From the NCBI GenBank assembly GCA_031414535.1, contig JANNVQ010000040.1:32001-96000 (forward strand): a DNA stretch of 64,000 bases, read 5' to 3'. Positions 40,465 through 49,881 of the stretch are shown one piece after another (within the stretch, counting starts at the first letter, position 1; each line of letters opens with the position of its first letter). The position numbers and the translations under genes were made by a program. Source of the stretch: Gemmatimonas sp. GTDB taxonomy: Bacteria > Gemmatimonadota > Gemmatimonadetes > Gemmatimonadales > Gemmatimonadaceae. Below the pieces are notes generated by a model, which saw nothing but the letters and a program-made list of their open reading frames with translations, was not told the DNA's origin and made no database searches.

Positions 40465-40977
40465 ATGTTCAAGTTGCGCACGCTGCCCCTCGCAGCGCTT
40501 TTGCTTTCCGGCATCGTCGTCGCGTGCGATGATGACGATCCGATTGCTCCGGTTCCGGAGCAGTTTGTTGCCGCACTCAGCGGTGCGAACGAAGTCCCGG
40601 CCGTCACCAGTGCGGCCAGCGGTTCGGCGACGTTCACGGCGGTTGGCGACACAGCGCTCACCTACACGATCACGGCGAACAACATCACCGGCGTGACGAT
40701 GGGACATATTCATGCTGCCGCCGCAGGGGTGAATGGCGGTGTGGTTGCATGGTTGCTTCCGCCGAACGGGACGGCAGCTCAGCCGGCAAGCGGCGCGCTC
40801 AACGGTCAGATTGCGACCGGCCGCATTAACGCGTCGTGGATCCGCGGCCTCTCTGGGGCGGCTCCCATCACGCTGGACTCGCTCAAGAGCCTGATGCGCC
40901 TTGGTCGTGTGTACGTGAACATTCACACCAGCACGAACGGCGGCGGTGAAATCCGCGGTCAGATCGTGCCGAACTGA
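40465..40977 (+). CDS. CHRD domain lipoprotein
   Basis: Lipobox VVAC; LSGANEVP, GHIH, YVNIHT..GEIRGQ. Confidence 0.9.
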   Translation: MFKLRTLPLAALLLSGIVVACDDDDPIAPVPEQFVAALSGANEVPAVTSAASGSATFTAVGDTALTYTITANNITGVTMGHIHAAAAGVNGGVVAWLLPPNGTAAQPASGALNGQIATGRINASWIRGLSGAAPITLDSLKSLMRLGRVYVNIHTSTNGGGEIRGQIVPN

Positions 40978-40982
40978 TTGGG

Positions 40983-41017
40983 TGTCGCGGGTGCGGCAGA
41001 TTGCCGAACCCGCGACA
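40983..41017 (+). terminator. Hairpin after CHRD gene
   Basis: TGTCGCGGGT-GCGGCA-GAT-TGCCGA-ACCCGCGACA. Confidence 0.6.
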
Positions 41018-41261
41018 TGTTGGTGTGATTCGCAACTTTTTGGACGGCGCGGTTCCGCGCGCGGAGGAGTCCACTCGTGGTCGCTTGGGTGGGCGGCGTG
41101 ATCGACGGACTCGCGGGCCACGCGGGCGGGTGGCGGCCTGCGCTCTACCCCGCCCCCCGCGGACGCAGCAAAACCTGTCAGGCGTTGGAACGACGCGGTG
41201 CCCCGGCTAGCTTTAGAGGTTCCTAGCTTTGCTGCCCGCTCCTCCGCCCTAACTTGCTGCC

Positions 41262-43061
41262 GTGACCCAGCTGTCCCTGATCCGCAACTTCTGCATCGTC
41301 GCCCACATCGACCACGGGAAGTCCACCCTGGCCGACCGCCTTATCGAGGCGACGGGCATGCTCCAGAAGCGCGAAATGAAGGCCCAGGTGATGGACACCC
41401 TGGACCTCGAGCGCGAGCGCGGCATCACGATCAAACTCAATGCCGTCCGGATGTCATACGATGCCAAGGACGGCGTCACCTACGAGCTGAACCTGATTGA
41501 CACGCCCGGGCACGTGGACTTCACCTACGAAGTCTCGCGCTCCTTGGCTGCCTGCGAAGGCGCAATTCTCGTCGTGGACGCCTCACAGGGCATTCAGGCG
41601 CAGACCCTGTCCAATCTGTTCCTCGCGATGGACGCGGGCCTCGAGATTATCCCGATCCTCAACAAGATTGACCTCCCAGGCGCCGAGCCCGAGAAGCGTC
41701 GTCAGGAAGTGGTGGATCTCATTGGCTGCGCGCCCGAGGACATTCTCCTCGTGAGCGCCAAGGAAGGTTTGGGCATCCCCGAGTTGCTCGAGAAGGTCGT
41801 AGAGAAGGTGCCGCCGCCAAAGGGCGACGTGAACGGCCAGCTTCGTGCGCTCATTTACGATTCGTATTACGACAAGTATCGCGGGGCCATTCCAAGTGTG
41901 CGCGTCGTGGACGGCACGCTGAAGAAGGGGATGAAAATCGCGTTTGGCGCCTCCGAGTCTGTGTACGAAGTGCTTGAGGTTGGCTACAACCAACTGCGCC
42001 AGGTGCCCGCTAAGCAGCTCACGTCCGGCGAAGTGGGCTACGTCGTGGCCAGCGTGAAGTCGGTGCGCGAGACGCGCGCGGGCGACACCATCTTTGACGC
42101 CGAGAACAAGGCCACGCAGGCGCTTCCGGGTTATCAGGCGGTGCGTTCGTTTGTGTTTGCCGGCATCTTCCCCACCGACACGCAGCAGTACGAAGACCTG
42201 CGCGACGCGCTGGAGCGTTTGCAGCTCAACGACGCGTCGCTCAACTATCTCCCCGAGACGTCCACGGCGCTGGGCTTCGGTTTCCGCTGCGGCTTCCTCG
42301 GCCTTCTCCATATGGAGATTGTGAAGGAGCGCCTCGAGCGTGAGTTCGATCTCGACCTCGTCACGACGGTCCCGAGCGTGGAGTACCACGTGAAGAAGAC
42401 TGACGGCGAGGATGTGGTCGTCGAGAATCCCGCGCTGATGCCGCCGGCTGGCAACATCGACTACATCGAAGAGCCCTACGTAAAGGCTCGCATCATGGTC
42501 CCCACCGAGTACATCGGACCCATCATGACGCTGGGCACGGAGCGCCGCGGCGAGTACAAGGGGATGAACTACATCGATACCGCGCGAGTGGAAATCGATT
42601 GGGAGTTCCCGCTTGGCGAAATCATTCTCGACTTCTTCGACAAGCTCAAGTCCATCTCACGCGGCTATGCCTCGCTGGACTACGAACTCATTGGTTATCG
42701 CAAGAGCGACCTGCAGCGCCTCGACATGCTCATCAACGGCGACCCGATTGACGCGTTCTCCGTCATCGTGCACGTGGACAAGGCGTATGAATGGGGCCGC
42801 AAGGTGGCCGACAAGCTCAAGGATCTAATTCCGCGCCAGCTCTTCGAAGTCGCGATTCAGGCCGCGCTGGGCCAGAAGGTGATTGCCCGCTCTACCGTGA
42901 AGGCGCTGCGCAAGGATGTGCTCGCCAAGTGCTACGGCGGCGATATCTCGCGCAAGCGCAAGCTTCTCGAGAAGCAGAAGGAAGGCAAAAAGCGTATGAA
43001 GCAGGTGGGATCAGTGGAGATCCCACAGGAAGCCTTCCTCGCGGTGCTACAGGTCGACTAA
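41262..43061 (+). CDS. lepA: Elongation factor 4
   Basis: [38 protein letters not shown]. Confidence 0.97.
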   Translation: MTQLSLIRNFCIVAHIDHGKSTLADRLIEATGMLQKREMKAQVMDTLDLERERGITIKLNAVRMSYDAKDGVTYELNLIDTPGHVDFTYEVSRSLAACEGAILVVDASQGIQAQTLSNLFLAMDAGLEIIPILNKIDLPGAEPEKRRQEVVDLIGCAPEDILLVSAKEGLGIPELLEKVVEKVPPPKGDVNGQLRALIYDSYYDKYRGAIPSVRVVDGTLKKGMKIAFGASESVYEVLEVGYNQLRQVPAKQLTSGEVGYVVASVKSVRETRAGDTIFDAENKATQALPGYQAVRSFVFAGIFPTDTQQYEDLRDALERLQLNDASLNYLPETSTALGFGFRCGFLGLLHMEIVKERLEREFDLDLVTTVPSVEYHVKKTDGEDVVVENPALMPPAGNIDYIEEPYVKARIMVPTEYIGPIMTLGTERRGEYKGMNYIDTARVEIDWEFPLGEIILDFFDKLKSISRGYASLDYELIGYRKSDLQRLDMLINGDPIDAFSVIVHVDKAYEWGRKVADKLKDLIPRQLFEVAIQAALGQKVIARSTVKALRKDVLAKCYGGDISRKRKLLEKQKEGKKRMKQVGSVEIPQEAFLAVLQVD

Positions 43062-43081
43062 ACCCACCCCGTCGAGCGCGG

Positions 43082-44260
43082 CTAGTTGCCGCCGCGCTCG
43101 AAGGTCAGTTGGTACGGTCCCACGGTGCCCGCACCGAGCGAGCTAACGCGAATCACGTAGGTCCCCGCGCGCGTCACGCGCACCTCTAACATCGAGTCGA
43201 GATCGCCGCCGCTGTCGTCATCCGTGGCGATCTCATTGAACGCGCCGCCGAGCGTCGTGCCCCAGCGCAGGTAGGAGTCGAACTCCCCTGAGCGCATGGT
43301 GATGCGGAAGGAATCGCCGGCCGCGGCCGTGACCACGTACTCGTGGAAGTAGCCGCCACCATCCAGCTCGGGGTCAGAGGTTGTGAGTTCACCACTCACC
43401 GTCTGGCCAACCTCGATGGGACGCTGGATGACCGCCACCACTGGGGCATCCGACACGGACAGCGAGTAGTTGCCGCGTCCGTCCTCGCCAAGCGAACGCG
43501 CGATGATCTTGTACTCGCCGTTCAATTCCAACACGACGCGCGCGTTGGTGCCGCCTGCGCCATCGTCATCGGTGGCCACCTGCTCCTCGCCGTCAGCATT
43601 CACCTTGTAGACGTGCAGGTAGGCGTCGAAGCTCTCCGCCGTCATCTGGATGCGGACGCGCTGTCCCTTCCCGCGGATGGTATAGACATCGTGGGGCTGA
43701 TCTCCATCGTCCTCGCGGAGGGGAGAGTCGTCCGTCAGTTCGCCCTCAACAGATTGTCCGATCGCGATGGAGCGGGCGGCGGGCGGTGGCGCGGGCTGCT
43801 GCTCGACAATTTGGACCGTAAACGCCCCTGCCCCGTCCTCTGAGAGTGCCTGGGCAACAAGGAAGTAGCTCCCGTTGGCCGGTGGCTTGAAGCGCAGGCG
43901 AGAATTGCTGCCCTCGCCTCCATCGTCGTCCGACGCCAGTTCCTCGGTGAGCACACCCACCTGCCGTGCCACCCAGACGTAGGAGTCGAGGTCGGGAGCT
44001 TCCATGGTGATGATGTAGCGCTTGTCGGCTCGCGCCTCAAAGCGGTACACCCGGAAGGCACCGCGTCCGCCCATTTTGGTCTCGGATGCGCGCAACTCAT
44101 CATTCACAGGCGTAGCAAAACGAATCAGGCGCGGCGCTCCAGCCGCTTGCGGTGCCGGGCGCGCAGGCGGACGGCCACCCTGCGCCTCTACGGCCTCCGT
44201 CGCGGTGGCCAAGCCGACCAGCGCCGCCGCAGCGGCGATTCCATTCCGAGTTAGACGCAT
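43082..44260 (-). CDS. Secreted protein with three PPC (pre-peptidase C-terminal)-like repeats
   Basis: Signal peptide; three D[SA]Y...DDD[GS][GA] units. Confidence 0.8.
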   Translation of the reverse strand: MRLTRNGIAAAAALVGLATATEAVEAQGGRPPARPAPQAAGAPRLIRFATPVNDELRASETKMGGRGAFRVYRFEARADKRYIITMEAPDLDSYVWVARQVGVLTEELASDDDGGEGSNSRLRFKPPANGSYFLVAQALSEDGAGAFTVQIVEQQPAPPPAARSIAIGQSVEGELTDDSPLREDDGDQPHDVYTIRGKGQRVRIQMTAESFDAYLHVYKVNADGEEQVATDDDGAGGTNARVVLELNGEYKIIARSLGEDGRGNYSLSVSDAPVVAVIQRPIEVGQTVSGELTTSDPELDGGGYFHEYVVTAAAGDSFRITMRSGEFDSYLRWGTTLGGAFNEIATDDDSGGDLDSMLEVRVTRAGTYVIRVSSLGAGTVGPYQLTFERGGN

Positions 44261-44391
44261 GCACACCCCCAGTTGAGGCCGTCAGGATGGGACGGCAGTG
44301 ACCAAATATGGAACCGCAACCGACCAAGGGCGAGGGGACAGCCTGCGCTCCTCTCATTGTCGCTCACAATCGGCGCCGGTAGCTTTCCCCC

Positions 44392-44961
44392 ATGTCTGAA
44401 GCCGCCATTCGTACGTTGGTCGCGGAAAATCCTGGCCAAGCCACCGTTGAGGAGTACACCCTGGTGTATCGCGTGCTCGCAGCACGCGTGCCCTGCCGTC
44501 TCCTCATCTTCGGCGTAGGCCGTGATACCCCGCTCTGGCTCGATATCAACAAGGGCGGTACGACCGTCTTCCTTGAGGACGTGAAGAAGTGGGCGGCGTT
44601 TGCCCGCGAAGCCTCACCGGGCAGCGTCGTGCACGACGTGGACTACGGGCTCGTCCGTCGCTTTATGTGGCCCATCATGCGCCGCATGCCCGAGCGCTTG
44701 ATGATGACGGACCTTAGCCCGGAAGTGCGCAACACCAAGTGGGACGTCATTCTCGTAGACGCCCCGCGCGGCACACGGTGGAGCGCGCCTGGCCGCATGA
44801 AGAGCGTCTACACGGCCAAGGTGCTCGGCGAGGAGAGCGGCGCCGACGTCTTCGTGCACGATTGCCATCGCGCAGTGGAACGCGAGAGCGCCGAGCAGTT
44901 TCTGCGCGCCGACCGCTTTGTGGCGCAGGCCGGCAGCATGCGGCACTACCGCCTGCGCTGA
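44392..44961 (+). CDS. DUF579/Polysacc_synt_4 (GXM/IRX15-like) putative polysaccharide O-methyltransferase
   Basis: LLIFGVG.D, GGTTVFLED, WDVILVDAP.G, PGRM, DVFVHD..R.VE. Confidence 0.8.
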   Translation: MSEAAIRTLVAENPGQATVEEYTLVYRVLAARVPCRLLIFGVGRDTPLWLDINKGGTTVFLEDVKKWAAFAREASPGSVVHDVDYGLVRRFMWPIMRRMPERLMMTDLSPEVRNTKWDVILVDAPRGTRWSAPGRMKSVYTAKVLGEESGADVFVHDCHRAVERESAEQFLRADRFVAQAGSMRHYRLR

Positions 44962-44978
44962 GTCGCGGGTCCTCGCCG

Positions 44979-46160
44979 ATGCGCATCGGGATAGACATGC
45001 GCGTGCCTGCGCCCAAGGGACCCGGGCAGCAGCGCTATCTCTGGCGGCTCGGCGCGTGGCTCGCCGCACAGGGACACGAGCTGCACTTCATGACGGTCCT
45101 GAGGCAAAACGGCGACATCATCGCCCCGCCCGGGGCGAGCTACCACGACTACTCCGCGCTGTCGGCATCGCGGCTACGCGTAGCGGTGAGCGATCTCTCG
45201 CTCGACGCGCTGCTGCTCAACCCCGAGCGATCGCGCCCGTTTCGCGGCTTGCCGGCCAATGTGCTACGCTCCGCGTACGGCACGGAACAGTACATCCAAA
45301 AGCTGCGCTCGTTCCGGCATCCGTTGGAATGGACGGCGCGCAAAGCCCTGCGTGGCGCGCCGTGGACGCTCGCCGAGATGCACTTCGAGCGGCAGTTCTA
45401 CGAAGGAACACAGCCGGCACCGGACGTGATTGCGCAGTCGCGCTACATGCGCGAGCAGATTCTTGGCAGCTATCGCATCCCCGAGTCGCAGGTGCACGTC
45501 GTGTTGAATGCCGTGGACGTGCAGGAATACACACCGGCGCGGCGACTCGCGCTGCGCCAGGAGATGCGGGCACGCTGGAACATCCCCGCGGAAGCACTGT
45601 GCCTGCTGTTTCTCGGGCACAACTTTCGCTTAAAAGGCCTGTGGCAAATTCTCCAAGTGCTACCAACGCTCGGGAAGCTCGGGCGCCCCGTGCATTTGCT
45701 CGTCGCCGGCAAGGGTACCGGGGAGCCGCAACGTCGCAAGGCGCAGCGCCTAGTGCGCTCCCACGGACTTGAGCGGCAGGTGACATTCGCGGGTGACGTG
45801 CGGCCATCGCTCAGCGCCCACGCGGCGGCCGATGCGCTGCTGCACCTCTCTTGGCATGACTCCTTTGGATTTGTGTCGCTTGAGGCGATGGCCACCGGCT
45901 TGCCAGTCATCACGACGCGCTACGTTGGCGCGGCGGAGCTTATTCGCGATGGGGAGTCCGGCCTCATTGTTGATCCAGCGGAGGACCGCCAGATTGCCGA
46001 CGCCATCCGACGCCTCAGCGACGATAGCTGGCGCGAAAAGGTCGGCATTGCCGCCGCCGCGGAAGGCGCGAAGCACGATGAGCCGCAGAACTTCGAGCAA
46101 GTGCACGCGGTGATTCGCACGGCCGTCGGCCGCGGCGCGGGTCCCATTCGCGCACGATAG
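44979..46160 (+). CDS. Glycosyltransferase family 4 (WaaG/RfaG-like)
   Basis: FLGHNFRLKG, DSFGFVSLEAMATGLPV. Confidence 0.9.
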   Translation: MRIGIDMRVPAPKGPGQQRYLWRLGAWLAAQGHELHFMTVLRQNGDIIAPPGASYHDYSALSASRLRVAVSDLSLDALLLNPERSRPFRGLPANVLRSAYGTEQYIQKLRSFRHPLEWTARKALRGAPWTLAEMHFERQFYEGTQPAPDVIAQSRYMREQILGSYRIPESQVHVVLNAVDVQEYTPARRLALRQEMRARWNIPAEALCLLFLGHNFRLKGLWQILQVLPTLGKLGRPVHLLVAGKGTGEPQRRKAQRLVRSHGLERQVTFAGDVRPSLSAHAAADALLHLSWHDSFGFVSLEAMATGLPVITTRYVGAAELIRDGESGLIVDPAEDRQIADAIRRLSDDSWREKVGIAAAAEGAKHDEPQNFEQVHAVIRTAVGRGAGPIRAR

Positions 46161-46169
46161 CTTTCGGTC

Positions 46170-47171
46170 ATGACAGCCACAGCTGAGAGCAAGCGCTACA
46201 TCATTGGCGTGGATTTGGGCGGCACCAACATTGTGATTGGCGCCGTCAGCCTTGATGGGAGCCAGCAGTTTGGGATGCACAGCATTCCCACGCGTGCGGA
46301 CTTGGGCTCAGACGCGGTTGTCGAACGCATTGCCCAATTGGTGGAGCGCGTGGCGGCGGAAACGATGTCCGCCACCGGGGCATCGCGCGCGCAGATCCTC
46401 GGCGTGGGCATCGGATCGCCGGGCCCGCTGGACCGCGAGACTGGCGTGGTGATCCTCACCCCCAATCTCGGCTGGACCAACTTCCCGCTGCGCGACCGCA
46501 TCTGTTCCGCCGTGCAGCTGCCTGCCACGCTCGACAACGACGCCAACTGTGCCACGCTCGGCGAGTGGTGGCTGGGCGCCGCGCGAGGCGCGCAGCATGT
46601 GGTGGGCCTGACGATTGGCACGGGTATCGGCGGCGGACTCATTCTCAACGGGCGCTTGTTTCACGGCGTGAGCGACGTGGCCGGCGAAGTTGGGCACACG
46701 ACCATTGACGCCAACGGGCGCCGCTGCGGATGCGGCAATTACGGATGCCTCGAGGCGTACGCATCGGGCCCCGCCATCGCGGAGCGCGCACGCGAGGCAC
46801 TGGCCGGTGGCGAACCCTCGGCGATGCCAGCGCTCGTGAGCGGAGATCTGTCGCGGTTGAGCGCCGCCATCGTCTACGATGCAGCCAAACAAGGCGATCG
46901 ACTCGCGCAGGAGGTGGTGCGCGAGACCGCGCGCATCCTCGGTATCGGCATTGCCAATCTGCTCAACGTCTTCAACCCCGAAGTCGTGGTGCTCGCCGGC
47001 GGCGTGACGCAGGCTGGGGACCAGCTCTTCGAACCACTGCGAGCGGAGGTGCGGCGGCGCGCCTTCAAGCCCGCGGTGGACGCCTGTCGCATCGTGCCCG
47101 GTGCGCTGCAGGGTAATGCGGGAGTGATTGGCGCCGCGGCCACGTTCGCGCAGCAGCAGGGGCTGATGTGA
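46170..47171 (+). CDS. ROK family sugar kinase (glucokinase-like)
   Basis: GVDLGGT, NDAN, GTGIGGG, EVGH..CGCG..GCLE. Confidence 0.93.
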   Translation: MTATAESKRYIIGVDLGGTNIVIGAVSLDGSQQFGMHSIPTRADLGSDAVVERIAQLVERVAAETMSATGASRAQILGVGIGSPGPLDRETGVVILTPNLGWTNFPLRDRICSAVQLPATLDNDANCATLGEWWLGAARGAQHVVGLTIGTGIGGGLILNGRLFHGVSDVAGEVGHTTIDANGRRCGCGNYGCLEAYASGPAIAERAREALAGGEPSAMPALVSGDLSRLSAAIVYDAAKQGDRLAQEVVRETARILGIGIANLLNVFNPEVVVLAGGVTQAGDQLFEPLRAEVRRRAFKPAVDACRIVPGALQGNAGVIGAAATFAQQQGLM

Positions 47172-48136
47172 GCGCTGGCGCAGGAGAGGGAACGGGTGCC
47201 CGCCCCCGACGCAAACGGCTCGGCGTGATTGGGACCTTCGTCTGGGACGTGATTCATGGTCGGGACATTCATTCTGCGGCGGTGGAGGAATGGGGTGGCA
47301 TCACCTACGCGCTCTCCGCCTGCGATGCAGCCTTGAGCGCAAGCTGGGAACTCGTGCCGCTTGTGAAGGTGGGCTCCGACCTCGCCCCGCAGGCGCGCGA
47401 CTTCCTGCGCTCGCTACGAACCATCGCGCTGGATGCGCAGCCGATTGTGGTGCCACAACGGAACAATCGGGTGGAGCTGCGTTACTTCTCGGACGAGCGC
47501 CGCAGCGAAGTGTTGAGCGGAGGTGTGCCGGGCTGGAGTTGGGCCGGCCTCCAGCCCCTGCTCCGCGATGTGGACGCGCTGTACATCAACCTCATCAGTG
47601 GCTTTGAGCTCGATTTAGAAACGGCGCAGCTTATCCGCCAGCACTTCAAGGGCCCCATCTACTGCGATTTGCACTCGCTCACGCTGGCCTTGGAGCCCAA
47701 TGGCCTTCGGACCTGGCGGCAGATTCCAGAAGTGGCGGCGTGGTGCGCCTGTTTTGACGTGCTACAGGTGAATGAGGACGAAGTGGCCATGATGGCGGCC
47801 GACCCATTGGCCCTGGCGACCATGGCCTTGGGCTCCGGCGTGAAGACGCTGTTCGTGACCCTTGGGAGGCGCGGAGTCGTCTATTTCGAGGAGGCCGGCC
47901 CGGGCAGGCCGCTCCGGACGGCGCTGCTGCCCGCGTCGGTTGCGAGAGTTGACGGCCCGGGTGATCCCACGGGCTGCGGAGATGTGTGGGGCGCAACGTA
48001 TTTCTCTCGTGCCGTCGCGGGTGATACATTGCAGGTTGCCGTGCGAGCGGCATGTGACGCTGCAGCGCGCAACGTTGAACATCGGGGGGCCACCGGCCTC
48101 GCCCATCACCTTCGCGGAGAGCTACACCCGCTGTGA
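47168..48136 (+). CDS. PfkB family carbohydrate kinase
   Basis: QVNEDE, VTLGRRG, DPTGCGDVWG. Confidence 0.85.
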   Translation: MSAGAGEGTGARPRRKRLGVIGTFVWDVIHGRDIHSAAVEEWGGITYALSACDAALSASWELVPLVKVGSDLAPQARDFLRSLRTIALDAQPIVVPQRNNRVELRYFSDERRSEVLSGGVPGWSWAGLQPLLRDVDALYINLISGFELDLETAQLIRQHFKGPIYCDLHSLTLALEPNGLRTWRQIPEVAAWCACFDVLQVNEDEVAMMAADPLALATMALGSGVKTLFVTLGRRGVVYFEEAGPGRPLRTALLPASVARVDGPGDPTGCGDVWGATYFSRAVAGDTLQVAVRAACDAAARNVEHRGATGLAHHLRGELHPL

Positions 48137-49026
48137 CTGCCGTCATCTCCGTCCCCGCGTTCCTCGATGAGCAATCGTTCGAGCAAGTGCTCGAGCAGGT
48201 GGCGCCGCTCGCCCCCGACGCGAAGATGCTTGTGGACGCACGGCACACGCGCTTCGCCACGCCCTTTGGGCTAACCGCCCTCCTCTGCTTGGCACAGTCT
48301 CGAGCGGAGAAGCCCGACTTTACGCCGCCCTCTGACGATGATGTGAAGTCCTATTGGGCGCGTTCGGCGTTCTTCCGCTACGCCGAGGAGCTGTTCACGC
48401 TGCGTGGCCCCGTGCCTCGCGCCCGCGCCTCGCAGGATTCGGACGTGTTGCTCGAAGTCACGCCGATCGCCAAGAGCGAAGATGTGCACGAGGTCGTGGA
48501 ACGGGTGCGCGAGCGCGCCACGCACATCCTCACGCACAAGCTGCGCTTGGAGACCCGCGCCACGATGGGCTTCGCGATGTCGCTCTCGGAAGCCTGCCAG
48601 AACATCGTGGAGCACGCAGGCCGCGGTGGCTGGGTGGGCGTGCAGGTCTACAATTGGGCCAAGCGCCGAGTCGGGCGTCAGGTGGTGGTCATCTCAGTCG
48701 CCGATGCGGGCCAAGGCTTCCGCCGCTCGCTGGACACCGCCCGAGTGCGCGCCATCGCGGGTGACCGCTGGAGCGACGGCGAGGCGCTCGAGGCCGCCGT
48801 GACGCAGGGCTACAGTCGTCACACCGAGCCAGGCCGCGGACAAGGCCTCAAGGGTATCAAGGGCTACGTGCATCGCCACGATGGTCGCCTAAGCATCCGC
48901 TCGGGCTCGGCGCGCATGACCATTGTGCCACCCTGGGATGACTCGCCCGCCCGCGAGGACGGACTCCCGATGTTCATCGGGTCTCAGTTGCAGATCATCA
49001 TCCCCGAACGAGCGGAGGGCGCGTGA
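48133..49026 (+). CDS. STAS-like plus GHKL (HATPase_c) protein, anti-sigma/Ser-kinase-like
   Basis: N-box EACQNIVEHA, G1 DAGQG, G2 GRGQGL; no H-box; N-terminal VDARHTRFATPFG. Confidence 0.8.
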   Translation: MTAVISVPAFLDEQSFEQVLEQVAPLAPDAKMLVDARHTRFATPFGLTALLCLAQSRAEKPDFTPPSDDDVKSYWARSAFFRYAEELFTLRGPVPRARASQDSDVLLEVTPIAKSEDVHEVVERVRERATHILTHKLRLETRATMGFAMSLSEACQNIVEHAGRGGWVGVQVYNWAKRRVGRQVVVISVADAGQGFRRSLDTARVRAIAGDRWSDGEALEAAVTQGYSRHTEPGRGQGLKGIKGYVHRHDGRLSIRSGSARMTIVPPWDDSPAREDGLPMFIGSQLQIIIPERAEGA

Positions 49027-49574
49027 CACACATTGACGTCCGCTCCGCCCTGAACCAGTCGCTGCCGGGCAACTATTCCGACCTCATCACCCGAAACACG
49101 GGCGTGCTCGTGCGCTCGGTGATTGAGGAGCGGCTTGCCGGGCTCGCCGACGGCACGGTGGCCTTTCTCGACTTCTCGCACATTCGGCTGCTCGACCGCT
49201 CCTGCGCGGATGAGATTCTCTCCAAGCTCATGCTGCCCATGACGACGGACCACCCGCCACGCGATGGATACGTTGTGCTGCACGGTCTCGATGAATTCCA
49301 CCTTGAGATTATCGAGGCGGTGCTGGAGACCCATCAGTTGGCCCTCGTGGTGCAGCTGCCGAGTCTCGAAGCCCGGCTTGTGGGTTCCGTCACCGAGCAG
49401 GAGCGTCGCTGTTGGGAGCAGGTGATGCGTCAGGGTGGAGCGATTGCCGACACATTGGCCATCGAGATTGGGATGCCCTGCGAGTCCTGCCAAGAGATGC
49501 TCGAAGGCCTCGCCAAGCGACGTTTGCTGCGCTGCGTGGCCAATCGGTTTCTGCCGCTTGGGCAAGCCGCCTGA
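49023..49574 (+). CDS. STAS-like (DUF4325-like) plus winged-HTH protein
   Basis: FLDFSHIRLLDRSCADE; C-terminal HTH-like pattern; GTGA overlap. Confidence 0.7.
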   Translation: MTHIDVRSALNQSLPGNYSDLITRNTGVLVRSVIEERLAGLADGTVAFLDFSHIRLLDRSCADEILSKLMLPMTTDHPPRDGYVVLHGLDEFHLEIIEAVLETHQLALVVQLPSLEARLVGSVTEQERRCWEQVMRQGGAIADTLAIEIGMPCESCQEMLEGLAKRRLLRCVANRFLPLGQAA

Positions 49575-49876
49575 TGCGTGGGTTTCAGCCTTTACAGGTT
49601 GTCGGCTTCATCGCCACGAAAAAGAGCGATGAAGAGCGTGGTCCCTTGGTGCGGATTAAGCCCGAGGACGCGCGGAAGCGTCTGATTGCGGATGGCGAAC
49701 TCGTGTGGGTGTACGGGCCGCGACGCCACGAACTCGCACCCGTGGTGTACGATGACACGCTGCCGCGCGGCGGCGTTGTGGTACGGGATCTCGGCGGCCT
49801 CACCGTCACCGAAATCGTGAAGCTCGTGAAAATGGATGTGGACCACCGCCCCGTCCTGACCAAGTCCCTGACTTAA
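49574..49876 (+). CDS. Stand-alone molybdopterin dinucleotide-binding-like (double-psi barrel) domain
   Basis: RIKPEDARKRLIADGELVWV...PRGGV; TGATG overlap. Confidence 0.75.
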   Translation: MRGFQPLQVVGFIATKKSDEERGPLVRIKPEDARKRLIADGELVWVYGPRRHELAPVVYDDTLPRGGVVVRDLGGLTVTEIVKLVKMDVDHRPVLTKSLT

Positions 49877-49881
49877 GCGCG

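Noticed and set aside
41165..41200. Glycine or c-di-GMP riboswitch, or SRP RNA (AAAACCTGTCAGG)
   Set aside because: Other required conserved elements are missing
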